The notes below the pieces were generated by a model. The model ran no database searches. It was not told the DNA's origin and saw only the letters and a list, made by a program, of their open reading frames with translations. From contig CAVOXC010000017.1 of assembly GCA_963700315.1 (NCBI GenBank), positions 28,062 to 92,061 on the forward strand: a DNA stretch of 64,000 nt, in the 5' to 3' direction. Positions 50,609 through 64,000 of the stretch are shown here, piece by piece (the first letter of the stretch is position 1; the number at the start of each line of letters is the position of its first letter). Made by a program: the position numbers and the translations under genes. Source of the stretch: an uncultured Acidobacteriota bacterium. GTDB lineage: Bacteria > Acidobacteriota > Thermoanaerobaculia > Multivoradales > JAGPDF01.

Positions 50609-52834
50609 CTACAGCCAGCGCCGCCAGAACTCGACCATCAGCTTGTAGAGGTGACGGCGGGCGGCGCGGTCGGCGATGCCATGTTTGCGCATCGGGTAGA
50701 GCATCATGTCGAAGGGTATGTCCGCCTCGATCAACGCGTCGGCGAAGCGCAGGGTGTTCTGGGGGTGGACGTTGTCGTCGTAGGTGCCATGGACGATGAG
50801 GAGCCGGCCATGCAGGTCCTTGGCGCGTTCGACCAGCGAGACCTCGTCGTACCCGTCGGGATTCTCCGCCGGCGTCTTCATGTAGGGCTCGGTGTACTTG
50901 GTGTCGTAGGTTCGACGGTCGGAGGCCGGAGCGACGGCGATGCCCGCCTTGAGCTCCTCGGATCGGCTCAACATCAGGAGTGTCGTGGTGCCGCCGCCGC
51001 TCCACCCCCACATGCCGACCCGCTCCGGGTCGATCCATGGCTGGCTCTTGAACCAGCGAATGCCCGCCGTGAGGTCGGCGACCTCGATCGGCCCCGAGAC
51101 CTGTTTCAAGATCAGGTTCTCCATCGCCTTGGTCTCGGCGGTGGCGACCCGCGAGTCGATCGTCGCGACGAGATAGCCCGCGTCGAGCAGGATCTGCTCG
51201 TAGAGCGCGCTCCCGGGCGGCGGCCAGAGGCGCCAGTTGTCCATCACCGCCGGCGCGTTGGGCTCGCCGTAGACATAGACGATCAACGGGTAGCGGCGCG
51301 CCGGGTCGAAGTCGCGCGGCTTGTAGAGGCGGGCCTGGAGCGGATGGCCGTCGGCGGCGGGAAGGGTGAGGAGCTCCGGCAGCTGGAGGTCGAGCTCCGC
51401 GAGCGTCGCGGCCGGAACCTCCGAGAGCGTCGCGCGCCGGGCGCCCGCGGCGTCGTGGAGCGAGAGCGACGGCGGCCGGTCGTGGCTCGAGTGCCAGTCG
51501 AGGTAGAAGCGACGGTCGTCGCTCCAGCGCACCTGGTGAACGCCAGGCTCGGTGGAGACTCTGGCGAGCCCCGCGCCGTCGAGACCGACGCGGTAGAGCT
51601 GGATCTGCGTCGGGTCGGGGCGGCGCGCGGTGAAGTAGGCGAAGCCGTTGGCCTCGTCGAGCGTGGTGGCGATCGTCGCGCCCTGCCAGGCGGCCGTGCC
51701 GCGGATCGACCAGTCGCCGCGCGTGATCGCTCCGAGGCGCGCGCCCTCGAGTGAGTAGCGGTAGAGGTGGTTGTGGCCGTCGGACTGCGAAGTGGCGACG
51801 AGCTGCTCGCCGCCGGCCAGGAAGTGGAAGTCGATCAGGTTGACCCAGGCCGGATCGGTTGCGGCAAGGACGCGGCGTGCGCCGCCCGCGCGGTCGACGC
51901 GGTAGAGGTCGGCGCGGTCCTGCGCGCGGTTGAGCGCCACGACGCCGAGCGCGCTGCTGTCCTCGAGCCACTCGATCTGGACCAGATACTCGTAGGGGAC
52001 GACGGAGGGGTCGAGCCATCGGGTTCGATTCGCCGCGACGTCGTGGATTCCGAGCTTCACCAGTGGGTTGGCGCCGCCCACCGTGGGATAGCGCTGCTCG
52101 ATCACCCGCGGCGTCGCCGGCTCGATGTCGACGAAGGTCGAGATCGCGACCGGCGACTCGTCGGTGCGCAGGAAGGCGAGCGCGCTCGAGTCGGGCGCCC
52201 AGCGGATGCCCCCTTCGGCCCGGCTGAAGATCTCCTCCCAGTAGACCCAGGAGAGCGTGCCGTTGAGGACGCTGTCCGAGCCGTCCGAGGTCATGCGGCT
52301 CTCTTCGCCGGTCGTGAGGTCGAGCAGCCAGATGTCGTTGGCGCGCACGAAGGCGAGCCGGGAGCCGTCGGGGGCGAGTCGCGGCAGCGACTCCTCGGCC
52401 TCGGTGCGAGTGAGCCGCTCGAAGCGCGAGGAGCCGAAGCGCAGGAGGTAGAGGTCGCCGGCGAAGACGTAGGCGGCCGTTCGCCCGGCGCGGTCGAGGC
52501 TCTCCGGCCACTCGAGGGAGTCGGGGGCGTCCGCCGCGCCGAGCTCCTCGACGAGGCTCGCCAGCGCGGCGGGGGCGTCCACCGCGCGCGTGCGCTTCAG
52601 CGTGACCGGATCGAAGCGCTCGAGAGTCCGGTCGGCGGCGGGCGGCGCGAGATCGAGCAGCAGGATGCCACCGTCCGCGGTCCAGACCGCCTCGCTCGGC
52701 CGCCCCATCGCCTCACCGTCGTCGCTGAAGAGCCAGTCGACGGTGATCTCGGTCGGCGCCGGGGCGGGCGCTGGCGCGGCCGAGAGCACCGCTGGCAGGA
52801 CGAGGGTGGCGCACACCAGGGGAATCGATCTCAT
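50609..52834 (-). CDS. S9 dipeptidyl peptidase IV family
   Basis: DPP IV N-terminal propeller ('WVYWEEI', 'RYPTVGGANP'), GWSGGG, 'VHGTYDDNVHPQN', 'KHGI'. Confidence 0.93.
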   Translation of the reverse strand: MRSIPLVCATLVLPAVLSAAPAPAPAPTEITVDWLFSDDGEAMGRPSEAVWTADGGILLLDLAPPAADRTLERFDPVTLKRTRAVDAPAALASLVEELGAADAPDSLEWPESLDRAGRTAAYVFAGDLYLLRFGSSRFERLTRTEAEESLPRLAPDGSRLAFVRANDIWLLDLTTGEESRMTSDGSDSVLNGTLSWVYWEEIFSRAEGGIRWAPDSSALAFLRTDESPVAISTFVDIEPATPRVIEQRYPTVGGANPLVKLGIHDVAANRTRWLDPSVVPYEYLVQIEWLEDSSALGVVALNRAQDRADLYRVDRAGGARRVLAATDPAWVNLIDFHFLAGGEQLVATSQSDGHNHLYRYSLEGARLGAITRGDWSIRGTAAWQGATIATTLDEANGFAYFTARRPDPTQIQLYRVGLDGAGLARVSTEPGVHQVRWSDDRRFYLDWHSSHDRPPSLSLHDAAGARRATLSEVPAATLAELDLQLPELLTLPAADGHPLQARLYKPRDFDPARRYPLIVYVYGEPNAPAVMDNWRLWPPPGSALYEQILLDAGYLVATIDSRVATAETKAMENLILKQVSGPIEVADLTAGIRWFKSQPWIDPERVGMWGWSGGGTTTLLMLSRSEELKAGIAVAPASDRRTYDTKYTEPYMKTPAENPDGYDEVSLVERAKDLHGRLLIVHGTYDDNVHPQNTLRFADALIEADIPFDMMLYPMRKHGIADRAARRHLYKLMVEFWRRWL

Positions 52835-52958
52835 GGGAACCTCCGAACGGAATGATAGGCGGTCGCCGCGGCGGCCGCCGGTGCCGTCGCCAGGTGGGGC
52901 GCGGCTGAGTGCATCTGTTAGAATCCGCTGCACTTCGAAGGATCACAAGGAGACGTTC

Positions 52959-54236
52959 ATGCGCTCGGTTCTCAGCTTGTCGTTCGCCGCCATCGTGACT
53001 CTGGCCCCCGCCGCGGGCGCGGACTGCCTCTTTGTCAACAACAACGACGACCCGAACAGCGTGAGCGCCTTCGCCGTCGGCGCGGGCGGCGTCCTGACGC
53101 CGGCGCCGGGCTCGCCCTTCGCCACCGGTGACAGCAGCGATTTCCGGGCCCATGTCGATAGCTTGGCGCTACTGCCCGGCGGCGCTCGCCTGTACGCCTC
53201 GAATGCCCCGCAAGGGGGCGACGCTCCCGCCGGGCGCTCGCGGACGGCTGGCGAGGCGCCGAGCGGCGGCGGCGGGATCGCCGGCTCGGTTTCGGGCTTC
53301 GACATCGGCGCGGACTGCTCGCTGACGTCGATCGCCGGCTCGCCCTGGACGGCGGGGTCGAGCCCGACCGGCGTCGCCATCGATCCGGCCGGAAGCCGCC
53401 TCTACGTCGCGAACTTCGACGACGACACGATCTCGGTCTTCTCGATCGATGCGGGCGGCGCCCTCGCACCGCTCGCTTTCTCGCCGATCGCGACCCCCGA
53501 GAGCCCGTTCGATCTCGAGTTCTCCCCCGACGGCGGCCGGCTCTTCGTGAGCCAGGATTTCGCCGATGCGGTGAGCGTCTACGACGTGGCGGGTGACGGC
53601 AGTCTGACCGCGGTGGCGGGCTCGCCTTTCGCCGCGGGGGGTACCGAGCACGGTCTGGGGCTCGATCCCTCCGGATCCCGCAGCTACATTTCGGACCTGA
53701 ATCCGAACACGATCAGCGGCTATTCGATCGGTGGCGGGGGAGCCTTGACGCCCCTCGGAGGCTCGCCCTTCGGGGCGGGTGAGGTGATCGAGGTGCTGGT
53801 CGCGCCGGGTGGCGGCTACCTCTTCGCGTCGAACAACGAGGACAATACGATCGGCGCCTATTCGGTGGATGGCGGCGGGGCGTTGGCGCAGGTCGCGGGC
53901 TCGCCGTTCGGTTCCGACGGAACCGGCCCCGCGGGTCTCGCTACGGATCCGACCGGAACCTACCTGTTCGTCTCCTACGGCGGTTTCGGCGGCAGCAACG
54001 ATGTTGGCGTCTACGCGATCGGCGCGGGCGGCGGCATCACGCCGATCACCGGCTCGCCCTTCGCCACCGGCGGGATCACGGGCGGCGCGATGGGGATCGC
54101 CTACTACGACTCGTCGGTCTTCTCCCCGGTGACCTGGGTCGACGTCCCCGCGCTCGGTCCGGCCGGCCTGGCGATCCTCGCGGGCCTGCTCGCCCTCGCC
54201 TCGGCGTTCGCCCTGCGCCGGCGCGCGCGCGCCTGA
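52959..54236 (+). CDS. Secreted lactonase-type beta-propeller with IPTL-CTERM-like anchor
   Basis: Repeated 'G.LT.VAGSPFA.G' blades; C-terminal 'VPALGPAGLAILAGLLALASAFALRRRARA'; RBS AAGGAG. Confidence 0.85.
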   Translation: MRSVLSLSFAAIVTLAPAAGADCLFVNNNDDPNSVSAFAVGAGGVLTPAPGSPFATGDSSDFRAHVDSLALLPGGARLYASNAPQGGDAPAGRSRTAGEAPSGGGGIAGSVSGFDIGADCSLTSIAGSPWTAGSSPTGVAIDPAGSRLYVANFDDDTISVFSIDAGGALAPLAFSPIATPESPFDLEFSPDGGRLFVSQDFADAVSVYDVAGDGSLTAVAGSPFAAGGTEHGLGLDPSGSRSYISDLNPNTISGYSIGGGGALTPLGGSPFGAGEVIEVLVAPGGGYLFASNNEDNTIGAYSVDGGGALAQVAGSPFGSDGTGPAGLATDPTGTYLFVSYGGFGGSNDVGVYAIGAGGGITPITGSPFATGGITGGAMGIAYYDSSVFSPVTWVDVPALGPAGLAILAGLLALASAFALRRRARA

Positions 54237-54239
54237 CGG

Positions 54240-54556
54240 CGGTCGGCCGCTTCCAGCACGGCGGCGTCTTCTTCTTCGTGAGCAACAACGGCACCGGCAC
54301 GCTCACGATCGACGACACCTACACCTGGAGCTGCCCGAGCGACGGCTTCTGGACCGACCCCCTATCCCTGGCTCTTCGACCTCGGCCTCGGCCCGCCCGT
54401 GGTCATCGGCTCCGGGCCGGCGGCCTTCTCGTCGTCGATGGCGCCGAGGCCACGTTCACGCTCACTCAAGAGCAGAAGAACGAGAACGGCTCGAGCAGCT
54501 CCGTGCAGGCGCGGAGGCTTCTGATCGAAGGGAAGGGCTGCCTGATCACCGATTGA
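54240..54556 (+). pseudogene. Possible remnant of the 3' part of a secreted protein gene
   Basis: Coding-like codon usage ('FFVSNNGTGTLTIDDTYTWSC..FTLTQEQKNENGSSSSVQARRLLIEGKGCLITD*') without a good start. Confidence 0.3.
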
Positions 54557-54739
54557 CAGGCGCCTCATGGACGCTGATCGTTCTAGAATCGGCGCCATGT
54601 CCGTCGACCCGGAAGTCCTGGCGGCCGCGGCTCCGTGGGGATTCCGAACATCCCCGGGACCCGTTCGCCATCGCTTCGCACGCGTCGCGGATGCTCACGG
54701 GGACAACGTGGCGGGTCCCTCGTGAGCACCCACGATGCG

Positions 54740-55866
54740 ATGAGCTTCGCGACGCAGCTCGACTTCCTGCCGCTGCCGCAGGTGCTGCAGCAGCTTGCCG
54801 CCAATCGCGTCAGCGCCAAGGTGACCGTGACCCGGCGCGAGGGCGAGGGGATGATCCTCCTGCGCAATGGGAAGATCATCTACGCCGCCACCAACAGCGC
54901 GCGCGAGGCGGTCGGCAACCTCTTGCTGACCCAGGGCCTGATCACGGCCTCGGCCCTGCAGGAAGCGCTCGAGATCCAGGGGCGGTCGAAGAGCGACCGG
55001 CGGCTCGGCGCCATCCTGATCGAGCTCGGCGCTGTCGATCCGGCGGACGTCGAGAGCGTCGTGCGGGCGCAGGTTGAGCGGGTGCTGCACGAGCTCTTCC
55101 AGTGGGGCCACGGCTTCGTCAAGGTCCGGCCGATGACGATCGAGGACGGAGGCGAGGTCGAGGTCGATGCCGGCGACCTCGTCGTCCCGGAGGGAATGCC
55201 GGTCGACAAAGTGATTCTCGACGCCCTCGCGCAGGGCATCGACAGGCTCAAGACTCCTCCTTTCGCGGTTTTCGACGGCGACGCCGCCGGCGGCGTCAAG
55301 GCCCTCGAGCCAGCGGCTCTCGACGCGGCTGGCGGCGACCGCCCCATCAGCCTGCGCGAGGTGCTGCACGAGATCCGCACGACCACATTCACCGGGGAGG
55401 TCTCGCTCCATATCTTGCGGTTCGCCGCGCGTTTCTTCGCGCGCGGCGTCCTCTTCGCCCATGGCCCCGGCGAGCTCTATGGCATGGGTCACTTCGGTCT
55501 CCCGAGCGCCACGAGCGAGCGCAGAAAGTCCGCTCGTTGCGCATTCCCAACCAGGATCCCTCGGTGCTACTGGAAGCGCTCGAGCTCAGGGCCACGTACC
55601 GGGGACGCCTCGAAGAGAGATACTGGAACCTCGAGCTCGTGCGGGCGATGGGCGGGACGCTCCCCCAGGAGGTCGCCGCGCTGCCCATGATGGTCGCGGA
55701 CCGGGTCGTCCTCGTCCTCTACGGCGACGACGCCGGTGGCGAGAAGCCGATTCCCGACCTCGGCGAGCTCGAGCTGGTCCTGGACCAGAGCGGGCTCGCG
55801 CTGGAGAAAGTCCGTTACGAAAAAGCGCTCCACGCGCTCGAGCAGCGAGTGGAAGGGACGAGCTGA
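54740..55866 (+). CDS. DUF4388 protein with C-terminal GAF-like domain; frameshift near 55525
   Basis: 'LPQVLQQL', 'GKIIYAA', 'VGNLLLTQGLIT..LQEALEIQ..RLGAILIELG', 'LFQWGHG', 'LPMMVADRVVLVLYGD'. Confidence 0.8.
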
Positions 55867-55953
55867 GACTCCTCCGCGCCGCATGCCCGCGAAGATTCGA
55901 GCGACGTTGGCAGGCGCGGAGGAGTGAGGGGCGGGAGGCCGACCGGGCGTCGC

Positions 55954-57004
55954 CTAGCGACTCGAACCGGTATCTCTCGGCCTCGTCACTCTAGCGGCGT
56001 CGAACTCGGGGTAGAGCTCGCCCATGCAGTCGGGGCAGATGCCGTGGCTGAAGGTCGCCTCGCTATGTTCCTCGATGTAGCGCTCGATCTGCTGCCAGTA
56101 GCCGGCGTCGTCGCGGACACTCTTGCAGTTGGCGCAGATCGGCAGGAAGCCGCGCAGGGTCTTCACCTCGGCGAAGGCGTGGCGGAGCTCTTCGATCAGT
56201 CGCTCGTTCTCCCGCTCGGCCTGCTTCCGGCGCTCGATCTCGAGCTGCGCCGAGCTCAGCTCGGCGCGGACCCTCCTCATCTCACCGAGAATCGCGAAGA
56301 CGGGCCGGTTCTCGATCTCCATGCCGACTCTCGACGTTTGCCAGCTCAGATAGAAATAGAGGAAGAAGAAGGCGAAGATCGAGATCGCGAACCGGCTGAG
56401 CAGCGTGCCGGTCATGATGCCGAGATAGCCGGGGCTGCCGGCGAATGCCCCGGTCGTGAAGAGCAGCACGTCCAGCCACATCACGCCGAGCAGGGTGAGG
56501 AAGGAGCGGGTCCAAAGCGGCATCCTGAGGCTCGACGCGCCCAGGAATTCCCAGGCGACAGCGAGAAAGACCAGGTCCGCGATCGTCGTCAGCACGGAGG
56601 CGATGTTGATGCGCAGGCTCGGCATCGCGCACGGAGCCGATTCCCGAGGCACCGGCGAGGCGGGTCTGGAGGTGAAGCGCGAGGGCGATCAGCGGCACCA
56701 GGGCCGAAACTCCGACCACGGTGGTGATGGCGATACGCGTCGCCCGTGGCCCGTCGAAGACGTAGACGACGAAGACGCCGAGCAGCAGCGAGGTGTAGAA
56801 GACCGTCGAGCCGACCATGAACGAGATGCCGGCGACCTCGACGGTGACCCCGGCGTCGGTGATCCAGGACATCACCGCGGTCAACCCGCCGAGCAGGGCG
56901 TAGAAGTAGGCCAGCCCCACCCGCGCTCGCATCGAATGAGCGGCGAGGACCAGGAAGTAGACGACCATCGCCTCGACGATGAGGACGAGCGGCGCTTGGT
57001 TCAT
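55954..57004 (-). CDS. Multi-TM membrane sensor with C-terminal CxxC...HGICPxC domain; frameshift near 56640
   Basis: About seven TMs, coiled coil, 'KTLRGFLPICANCKSVRDDAGYWQQIERYI..FSHGICPDC'. Confidence 0.78.
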
Positions 57005-57127
57005 CGGACCGCCATCTTGACCTCGGGGACCTCGGTTCCGAGTCAAAGTGCCGTCGAGCCTAGGTCCAGTTGCCGGCTCGGTCACCACCCCGCGGGTCGG
57101 GCGGAGCCGAGACGTCGACCGGCTGCC

Positions 57128-57625
57128 TCAGGAGCGATCGCGGTCCGCGAGGGTCTCGAGCAGCTCGGTTTGGATCGGGCGTTCGGCGTAGGAGCCGGCG
57201 GCGCGAATCCGCCCGGCAGCGTCGTCGCGGTCGAGACCGAGCCGAATCAGCACGCCCGCGGCGAAGGTGCCGGTGCGGCCGATGCCCGCGGCGCAGTGCA
57301 CGAGGAGCGCGCCGCCGGCGCGGAGCCGCGCCGCCGCCCGGTCGAGCACCTCGAGCAACGCCGACGAGTCCTCCGGAACGCCGAAGTTGATGATCGGCAG
57401 GCGCCAGACCTCGCACGGCGTCGTACTCCGCGCGAGCGCCTTCAGGTAGGCGGGAGAAACCTCCGCGATCTCCTCGTCTGGAACCAGGCAGACGATCGCC
57501 GAGATCGTCCGCCGCCGCGCCTCGGCCCAGCACGCTTCGAGCGGCTCGAAGCGGCCGGGCAGGCTGTGGAGATAGAGCTGGCCCGGGATCTCTGCGGGCA
57601 GCTCGACGCGGCGAAACGAAGTCAT
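57128..57625 (-). CDS. Protein tyrosine/dual-specificity phosphatase
   Basis: P-loop 'VHCAAGIGRTG'. Confidence 0.9.
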   Translation of the reverse strand: MTSFRRVELPAEIPGQLYLHSLPGRFEPLEACWAEARRRTISAIVCLVPDEEIAEVSPAYLKALARSTTPCEVWRLPIINFGVPEDSSALLEVLDRAAARLRAGGALLVHCAAGIGRTGTFAAGVLIRLGLDRDDAAGRIRAAGSYAERPIQTELLETLADRDRS

Positions 57626-58108
57626 GGTGGCGATTCCAGGTCGAGCGTAGCACCGGCAAGCGCAGGTCGCGCCGGCCGCTCGGACGTTCCCGGAGATTCC
57701 TGGAGCAGGAGTGTCGCCTGTTTCCCCCGGTTGGCCCGGCGCAGAGCGGAAGCGCCGCTATACTGGGTCCTCGATTCGAGCGCGCTGACCGTCGAGCTGA
57801 GCGGCGGCACCACCCGGCACGCGGTGGTCGCGAGAGATGTCATCGTAAGCATGCGATTCGAGGAAGAGATGCGCCGATCTATCGAAGAGCGAAGGGGCGT
57901 CGGCCCGCCCGCGGTCGGACGAGTGATCCGGAGAGTCGGGCATGGAAGCACGGCGGGCGACTGGATAGGCGAGCTCGAGCGGCAGTTGTCCGGCGCGGTG
58001 GACTCGCGCTCGGAGCCGAGGTGGCCGTCGGACACGCCATTCGCCGTGACGATGCTGGACCACTCGCCGGTGGATTCGGGCACCGTCCCGACCAGAGCAT
58101 CCTGAAAC

Positions 58109-60652
58109 ATGGCGCGACGCGACGAGCCCCCGCGGCAGGAAGCGGCCGAGGCTGGCCGGAACTACCAGGCCCTGCTGGACGCGGTGCTGGAGGGGAGCCA
58201 GCTGGGGATCTGGGACTGGAACCTGACGACGGGCGAGGTGCAGCGCAGCGCCCGGATGGCCACGATGCTCGGCTTCGCCCCGGACGAGATCGCCGCCACC
58301 TTGCAGGGCTGGAAGGACCTGCTCCATCCCGACGACCGCGAAGCGACGATTCGCGCCAGCGAGGACTTCGCCGCGGGTCGGACCCCAGTTTTCCGGACCG
58401 AGTACCGCCTGCGCGCGAAGGACGGTTCCTACCGCTGGCTGCAGGACCTCGCCGCCGCCGTCGAGCGCGACGCGGGCGGCAGGCCGTTGCGCGCCTTCGG
58501 CACGCTCGACGACATCACCGCCCGCAAGCAGGCCGCCGACGAGCTGCAGGAGAGCGAGAGGAAGTACCGGCTGCTGTTCGAGACCTCGCTCGACGCGCTG
58601 ATGATCCTGGCGCCGCCCGACTGGCGATTCGTCGAGGGCAACCCGTCGGCCGTCGCCATGTTCCGCGCGCGGGACGAGGCCGAGTTCACCTCCAGGGCGC
58701 CCTGGCAGCTCTCGCCGCCGACCCAGCCGGACGGCCGCCCCTCGGCGCAAGCGGCGAAACAGAGAATCGAGCAGGCGCTGCGCGCCGGGGGGAATCGCTT
58801 CGACTGGCTGCACCAGCGCCTGGACGGAGAACGCTTCGAGGCCACCGTCGTGCTCACGCCCTTCGAATGGAAGGGAGAGACGCTGCTCCAAGCGACGGTC
58901 CGGGACGTGTCCGAGCGCCGGCACGCCGAGCAGGAGTACCGAACGATTCTCGAGGCCGCGATCGACGGCTTCTGGATCATCGACGCCCAGGGCCGGCTGC
59001 TCGAGGTCAACGACGCTTTCTGCGAGCTGATCGGCTACGGCCGCGACGAGCTGCTGGAGATGGGGATCGTCGATCTCGAGGTGGTCGAGAGTCCCGAGGA
59101 GACCGAACGGCGCCTCGAGAAGATCGCCGCCCAGGGATTCGATCGCTTCGAAACGCGGCAGCGCCGCAAGGACGGCCGGATCATCGATGTCGAGGTGAGC
59201 GCGCGCTTCTTGCCCCTGCGCGGTGGCATCTTCGTCGTGTTCCTCCAGGACATCAGCGCTCGAAAGCAGCTCGAACAGGACCGCCTCGAAGCGAGAAAGC
59301 GTCTAGAAGAGCAGGTCGCGGAACGGACCACGAGCCTCGCTCGAACGATGCAGGAGATGCGCGAATCGCGCTTGGCGGCGCTCAACATGATGCGCGACGC
59401 GGTCGAGGCCAAGCGCCGCCTCGAGGCCGCGAACGCCGATCTGATTCATGAGGTCCAAGAGCGGAAACGGATCGAGCAGGAGAAGGCCGTCGCCGAGCAG
59501 CAGCTGGTGCAGGCTCTGAAGATCGAGGCGATCGGTCGACTCGCGGGCGGAATCGCCCACGATTTCAACAACCTGCTCGGCGTGATCGCCGGCTACGGCA
59601 AGCTGGCGCAGGACGAGCTGCCGACCGGCCATCCGGCCCGCGCCGGTCTCGACCAGGTGCTCGACGCCGCGCAGCGCGCGAGCGACCTCACGCGGCAGCT
59701 CCTGGCTTTCAGCCGCAAGCAGGTCCTGCGCGCGCAAGTTGTCGATCTGAACGCGGTGCTGGCTGACCTCGAGACGATGCTGAGGCCGCTGCTCGGCGAG
59801 GACATCGAGCTCGTCGTGAAGCTGGCGCCCGATCTGGACCGGGTGCTGGTCGACCCCGCGCAGATGCAGCAAGTCGTCATGAACCTGGCGGTCAATGCCC
59901 GGGATGCGATGCCCCGAGGCGGACGGTTGATCCTCGAGACCGCGAACACCGAATTCGCCCACGACTACGCCGCGACCCATCCCCCCGCGGTGACCGGGCG
60001 CTTCGTGATGCTGGCGGTCTCCGACACCGGCGTCGGGATGGACGAGGAGACCCAGCGGCGTTGCTTCGACCCGTTCTTCACGACCAAGCCGGAAGGCCAG
60101 GGCACGGGCCTCGGCCTGGCCATGACCTACGGCATCGTCAAGCAGAGCGGCGGCTACGTCTGGGTCTACAGCGAGCCGGGCCGGGGCACGACGATCAAGG
60201 CCTACCTGCCGCGGACGGAGGAGAGCGCCGAGCTCGCTCCGGCGCCGAAGTCCTCCGAGCGGGTGACCGGCGGCAGCGAGACCGTTCTCGTCGTCGAGGA
60301 CATGGAGGCGCTGCGTGGGATCATCCGCCGCGTTCTCGACCTCGCGGGCTACGTCGTCCTCGAGGCGGCGGATGGCCGGTCCGCGCTCGAGATCGCCCGC
60401 GCCCACACCGGTCGGATCGACCTCCTGCTCACCGATGTCGTCATGCCCGGGCTCGGGGGCGCGGAGGTCGCCCGCCAGATGCGCGAGCTGCAGCCGGAAA
60501 CCCGGGTGCTGTTCATGTCCGGGTACACCGAGGGCGCGATCTCCGAGCACGGCCTCCTCGCCGACGACGTGTCGCTTCTGGACAAGCCGTTCACCAACGA
60601 CGTGCTCAAACGCGCGGTGCGTCGGGCGCTCGACCGGCCGAAGCCGGGCTGA
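58109..60652 (+). CDS. Multi-PAS hybrid histidine kinase
   Basis: Three PAS domains, '[11 protein letters not shown]', 'NARDAMP', '[14 protein letters not shown]', REC '[11 protein letters not shown]'. Confidence 0.93.
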   Translation: MARRDEPPRQEAAEAGRNYQALLDAVLEGSQLGIWDWNLTTGEVQRSARMATMLGFAPDEIAATLQGWKDLLHPDDREATIRASEDFAAGRTPVFRTEYRLRAKDGSYRWLQDLAAAVERDAGGRPLRAFGTLDDITARKQAADELQESERKYRLLFETSLDALMILAPPDWRFVEGNPSAVAMFRARDEAEFTSRAPWQLSPPTQPDGRPSAQAAKQRIEQALRAGGNRFDWLHQRLDGERFEATVVLTPFEWKGETLLQATVRDVSERRHAEQEYRTILEAAIDGFWIIDAQGRLLEVNDAFCELIGYGRDELLEMGIVDLEVVESPEETERRLEKIAAQGFDRFETRQRRKDGRIIDVEVSARFLPLRGGIFVVFLQDISARKQLEQDRLEARKRLEEQVAERTTSLARTMQEMRESRLAALNMMRDAVEAKRRLEAANADLIHEVQERKRIEQEKAVAEQQLVQALKIEAIGRLAGGIAHDFNNLLGVIAGYGKLAQDELPTGHPARAGLDQVLDAAQRASDLTRQLLAFSRKQVLRAQVVDLNAVLADLETMLRPLLGEDIELVVKLAPDLDRVLVDPAQMQQVVMNLAVNARDAMPRGGRLILETANTEFAHDYAATHPPAVTGRFVMLAVSDTGVGMDEETQRRCFDPFFTTKPEGQGTGLGLAMTYGIVKQSGGYVWVYSEPGRGTTIKAYLPRTEESAELAPAPKSSERVTGGSETVLVVEDMEALRGIIRRVLDLAGYVVLEAADGRSALEIARAHTGRIDLLLTDVVMPGLGGAEVARQMRELQPETRVLFMSGYTEGAISEHGLLADDVSLLDKPFTNDVLKRAVRRALDRPKPG

Positions 60653-60681
60653 GCCGCGCTCGGCGCGGGTAGGATTCGCCG

Positions 60682-60981
60682 GTGCCCTTCGTCTACCTCC
60701 TGCGGTGCCGGGACGGCTCGCTCTACGCCGGCGCGGCGACCGATCTCGACAAGCGCCTGGTGGAGCATCGCGCCGGGCGGGCGTCGCGCTACACGCGCTC
60801 GCGCCTGCCGGTCGAGCTCGCCTGGTCGCGCGAGGTCGCGACCTGGAGCGAGGCGTTGCGCGAAGAAGCGCGCGTCAAACGCCTCCACCGCGCCGAGAAG
60901 CTCACCCTTGCCGCGGGGGCCGACAGGTCGTGCCTCGATGCCCCGAGCGGCTCGCGGCCGGCGAGGAGGCGTCCGTCGTGA
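60682..60981 (+). CDS. GIY-YIG nuclease (YhbQ/UPF0213-like)
   Basis: 'FVYLLRCRDGSLYAG..DLDKRLVEH..G..SRYTRSRLPV..EALREE..VK'. Confidence 0.88.
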   Translation: MPFVYLLRCRDGSLYAGAATDLDKRLVEHRAGRASRYTRSRLPVELAWSREVATWSEALREEARVKRLHRAEKLTLAAGADRSCLDAPSGSRPARRRPS

Positions 60982-61025
60982 TCTTCGCGACCGAGACGGC
61001 GATCACCAGGTCGAGCGCTGCCGGA

Positions 61026-64000
<2,975 letters not shown>

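Noticed and set aside
57660-58100. Small gene or ncRNA in the ~480-bp gap before the PAS kinase
   Set aside because: ORFs lack motifs or typical codon bias and no clear structure is visible; probably a divergent promoter region.
60682-60981. GIY-YIG gene as a homing endonuclease or defence nuclease
   Set aside because: It matches the small, widespread stand-alone YhbQ/UPF0213 type, with no intron or defence context.

Overview
A very GC-rich bacterial window. Its gene repertoire suggests Acidobacteriota, probably Thermoanaerobaculia-like (inference): secreted proteins with FxDxFESGD..W tails, an IPTL-CTERM-like anchor and many peptidases. Many genes carry 1-bp frameshifts, most likely long-read consensus errors. 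Main contents: (i) a PAAR-less RHS polymorphic toxin with N-terminal 75-bp tandem repeats, a lower-GC NucA/NucB-type DNase tip and a SMI1/KNR4-like immunity gene (9.7-16.7 kb). (ii) A tightly coupled six-gene operon (17.0-26.7 kb): DUF2235 lipase-like protein, signal-less S8 subtilase, ComEC/Avs1a-like MBL hydrolase, membrane-anchored CHAT caspase-like protease, secreted unknown and secreted TPR + lectin-like protein. This is the best candidate for an undescribed protease-cascade conflict or signalling system. (iii) A dispersed 15-bp imperfect palindrome AGGTGGCTGGCACCT (about 10 copies) that brackets that operon and abuts the broken ends of gene remnants. (iv) A TMTC-like GT-C glycosyltransferase coupled to a secreted HExxH protein and a secreted HEAT protein. 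(v) Many secreted hydrolases and peptidases (M36, M12B-like, M28, S9, S33, serine hydrolase) plus a signalling cluster (DGC, three hybrid kinases, PTP, DUF4388). No rRNA, tRNA, CRISPR array, integrase or transposase was recognised.
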